The notes under the pieces are model-generated. The model did no database searches. It was given only the letters and a program-made list of their open reading frames with translations, and was not told where the DNA came from. A DNA stretch of 64,000 bases, taken from positions 310,001-374,000 of the forward strand of contig OY253689.1 in NCBI GenBank assembly GCA_958009085.1, read 5' to 3'. Below are positions 61,828-64,000 of the stretch, piece by piece; position 1 is the first letter of the stretch; the number at the start of each line of letters is the position of its first letter. Origin of the DNA: Protoeuglena noctilucae (lineage: Eukaryota). A program made the translations under genes and the position numbers.

Positions 61828-63996
61828 CTACCCCTTCACGCACTCGGCCCGCATCATCTCTGCGATGGCCGCGTGCCTCATTGCCGCCTCCTCCCCCATC
61901 TCCGCTGGCAGTGCCCTGGGCATGCCGATCGCCTCGGCCATGAAACTCGCAGACACGCAGCCCCACACCATGGCGTCCTGAGAGAAGGGTCAGCATGGAG
62001 AGGGAGATATACACAGAGATAAGCGGAACGAGATACATGGAGCAAAGACGGAGCCCCACACCACGGCGTCCTGCGAAGGGTCAGCACGGAGAGAGGTGGA
62101 GAGATGCAACGAGTGGTCAGGGTGTGTGGCGGGGGTGCCACGGATGCACGAATGGGTGCGTGTCAGCAGAGGAACTCGCTTGTAAGAAGAGCGAAGTGCA
62201 GGGTGCCCGGTGCATGGTGTATGCGTTCGCTATGCTAACACTATGCTACCCCTCGCCCCAACACCACCCACCAAACCACCCCCCCCAACACACCCCCCTC
62301 ACCTCCACCCACGCTCGCCGGTCGCCCGCCCCTGTCGCCCCCCCCCGCACTCTCCCCGCCCCCGTTAGTCTTGCCAGAAACCCACCGTTGAAGGCGTTGC
62401 CGCATCCCGTCACGTCCCTCACCACCGTGCGAGGGTAGGCGGGGACATGGATGGGGCGTGGCAGGCCGTGCCATGACGCTGTGGATGTAGAGAGGGGTGA
62501 GAACTGAGTGAAGAAGAGTGAGAGAGCAGGCGGGTTGGGGTGGGGTGAGAGAGTGGTGAGAATGCAGGCGTAGGACGTGGATGGGGCGTGGCAGGCCGTG
62601 CCATGACGCTGTGGATGTAGAGAGGGGTGAGTGTGGGAAGAGTGAGACAGCAGGCGGGCAGGAAGGGGTGAGAGGGCAAGTGATACTGAGATGGGAGGGA
62701 GTACTGAGAAGGACGGCAATCACAATGAGCTGACCCACCCCCACATGCAGCCCCCACGCAATGCAATGCCCGTCACCTGCTGCCCCGTCCGCCCCCCTCC
62801 TGAGCACCACGACGGGCCCCCCCCTGCCCCCCAGCTCCACCAGCTGCCCCACCACGTCACGCCACGACACGTCGGTGCCTCCCTCCAGCACTGTCCTTGC
62901 TTCGTACTCGTTGGGCGAGAAGACATCGCAGGTGCTTAAGAGGGCGCGGAGGGCGTCGGGGGATGCCTGGGGGGGTCAGGGGGTGAGTGGAGATGGGGCG
63001 GGGGATGCGTATGTTACGCATGGTATCTGTGTGTGTGTTAAGCATGTCAGCTTGATAATTGTTTGACTGGGAACCACCCTCACCAGCCATGCCAGCCTTG
63101 CCAGCTCTCATATGCCCCGTCACTGTCACTACTCTCTCACCGGCTTCTCCGCGCTGGTGTAGGTTTCAATCGACAACGTCGCCCCCGACGCCCGCGTCAT
63201 CTCCCGCAACTCCCGCAGGGCCTCGAGCGGAGGGCTGGTCGGGTGCACGCCCACGTGCACGCACTTGGCCCCGCGCAGCGACGCCGGCAGCGACGCGGGC
63301 GCCGGCAGCAGCATCCGCAGCAGGTCGGGAGTCGGGTCCGTGCGCCACACCTGCGTGCGCTTGCCGTCGCTCTCGAACACCTGCGGCGGCGAGAAGGTAG
63401 ATAATAATCATTGGCGTCGCAGGGAGGCGCAGCGACGCGCCGGGAGGTGCCGGGCGCGGGTGCAGTGCGTGGCAAGATGGAGCGAGATGGCGCATCGATC
63501 GCAGCGGACCTGCCAGGCGCGGGGTGTGCGCGCGGAAGGATTCTTCTGCAGACCGATGAGGGAGCAGCCCAGGGAACGCAGCGCGGCCTCGCAGTCGCGC
63601 GGGAGGTCGTCCCCAACGCCCGCGACTAGCTCCGCCGTGGCGTCACCGCCCGCGGCCACTTGAAACCCGTACTGCGGGGGACGGACTAGTGCACGTCGAC
63701 GCGTCGCGTCGTCGGACCGGCCAGCGGAAGCGAGCGGTCCCGGCGCAGGGAGGGCGACTCACGATGACTTGCGGCCCGCCCCCGCCGAGCATCCCCATCG
63801 CCGTGACGCCGTCCGGCAGCACGATGTCGTCGATAATGAGTGTGAACGTCAGGAGATCGGGTCCGGTGGATGCTGCCGCACGTGATGTGAAGAGCTGGCC
63901 TTTCCGGCCTGTGGGATGCAGGCCCGATGGCCACCCGAACTCGGCACCCCGGGGCGCGAGGGAGCGCAGATGGCGCGCCAAAGAGATGACGCGCAT
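61828..63996 (-). CDS. pfkB/ribokinase-family carbohydrate kinase with a probable organellar transit peptide
   Basis: IIDDIVLPDG..LGGGGPQ, AGVGDDL, TPRAWQVFESDG, FSPNE, VRDVTGCGNAFNGGFL (pfkB signature 2), WGCVSASFMAE. Confidence 0.9.
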
Positions 63997-64000
63997 GTCA

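Overview
GC-rich, gene-dense, intron-rich eukaryotic nuclear DNA from a photosynthetic organism, most likely a chlorophyte green alga (inferred from CHLG, CURT1 and Ycf49-like genes with probable plastid transit peptides, and algal expansin-like and fasciclin genes). About 26 spliced protein-coding genes were reconstructed by eye. In order: an MLKL-like four-helix-bundle/IRAK-type kinase/RING protein, two expansin-like genes, bZIP, DDAH, JmjC, a coiled-coil protein, MDP1, TIP41, DnaJ, a membrane protein, a phosphohexomutase, SEC13, a chromodomain-like protein, a U2AF65-like factor, eIF1A, RTRAF, two fasciclins, an LRR protein, CURT1, Ycf49-like, endosulfine, CHLG, MAK16, E2F, GPC1 and a pfkB kinase. 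There is a 200-N gap, and I recognised no rRNA, tRNA or CRISPR. Four signals stand out. (1) At least 14 splice junctions in 7 genes are followed or preceded, inside the intron, by near-identical 'echo' copies of the exon-intron junction itself. (2) At least 12 introns appear to use GC-AG splice sites. (3) An MLKL-like 4HB-kinase-RING gene lies directly beside HET-E-style WD40 repeats that differ only at the known hypervariable positions, suggesting an algal innate-immunity or cell-death module. (4) A tandem duplication has a 383-bp intergenic segment that looks identical between copies while the flanking genes have diverged. All gene models are manual; exon boundaries and some start codons need RNA-seq confirmation.
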